Origin: Octopus vulgaris
Taxonomy: Eukaryota
Assembly (NCBI GenBank): GCA_951406725.2
Contig: OX597815.1
Location: forward strand, 185,566,001 to 185,630,000
Length of the DNA stretch: 64,000 nt
Direction: 5' to 3'
The notes under the pieces were generated by a model. That model was not told the origin of the DNA, did not search any database, and worked only from the letters and a program-made list of their open reading frames with translations. Of this stretch, positions 63,407 to 64,000 are shown in pieces. Both the position numbers and the translations under genes were made by a program. Each line of letters begins with the position of its first letter. Position 1 is the stretch's first letter.

Positions 63407-64000
63407 ATACACGCATGTTATATTTTATTGTAAATATTCTTCTCAGATTTCTTTCTTGTTTTTTGATAAACTCACACATACACACTCAAACACTCTTTTG
63501 CTATTTTTCTCTATTTTGTAATCGTTTACTTGTTATTTATTTACATACTTTTAAAAGGTGAAATTCTTGCTCTACATTATTATTTATTATTTCACAACGA
63601 ATACTAAATCTCTCAGACAAAATAAAAATAAACAGGAAAAAAAGAAACTGCCTCCCCACTCAAAGAAAATGTATAAAAATCTATAAAGAAAACATGAATG
63701 GAAGCAAAAGATTTCTTTCAAATATACAGAATTATCCTGGAAAATATGAAGTAGAAATGGAATCAAAATAAAGACAAAAAAAGATAAGAGATAAGAACTT
63801 TAAAGAAAAAGATTATAAAAATGAAATAAACTCGAGGTGAGTTAAAGAACAAACAAAGATACTGAAAGTTTAGGAAAAGAAAAAGAATTTGAGGATAAGA
63901 AGAAGAAGAAAAAGGAAAGTTTGGAAATGGTAAGAAAAATTTTGAAGTAAACAGAAGTGAAAGCTGTAATAGTGTGTGTAGGTCAGAATAATAGGTGGCT

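Overview
AT-rich, microsatellite- and SINE-dense eukaryotic DNA. The repeat families and the one recognisable gene point to a coleoid cephalopod, probably Octopus (inference). The only host-gene coding sequence I can support is the first coding exon of a complexin/synaphin gene on the minus strand (exon 27115-26963, encoding MAAFIAKQMVGDQLKSVK-G, with clean splice sites), so most of the window is probably its very large introns. The rest consists of three SINE-like families, RTE-LINE remnants, deleted mariner/Tc1 elements, piggyBac-type and hAT-type MITEs, a non-autonomous Helitron and simple repeats. The most notable signals are: (i) five unrelated short repeat families that each carry a minimal type I hammerhead-ribozyme motif of the Penelope/retrozyme kind, including a ~218-bp tandem array at 17.7-18.6 kb and a U3-A8 compensatory core variant; and (ii) many long inverted repeats and hairpins that could form dsRNA in a neuronal pre-mRNA. 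Nearly all ORFs in the supplied track are artefacts of microsatellites or repeats. Repeat boundaries were read by eye and are approximate unless a TSD is quoted.
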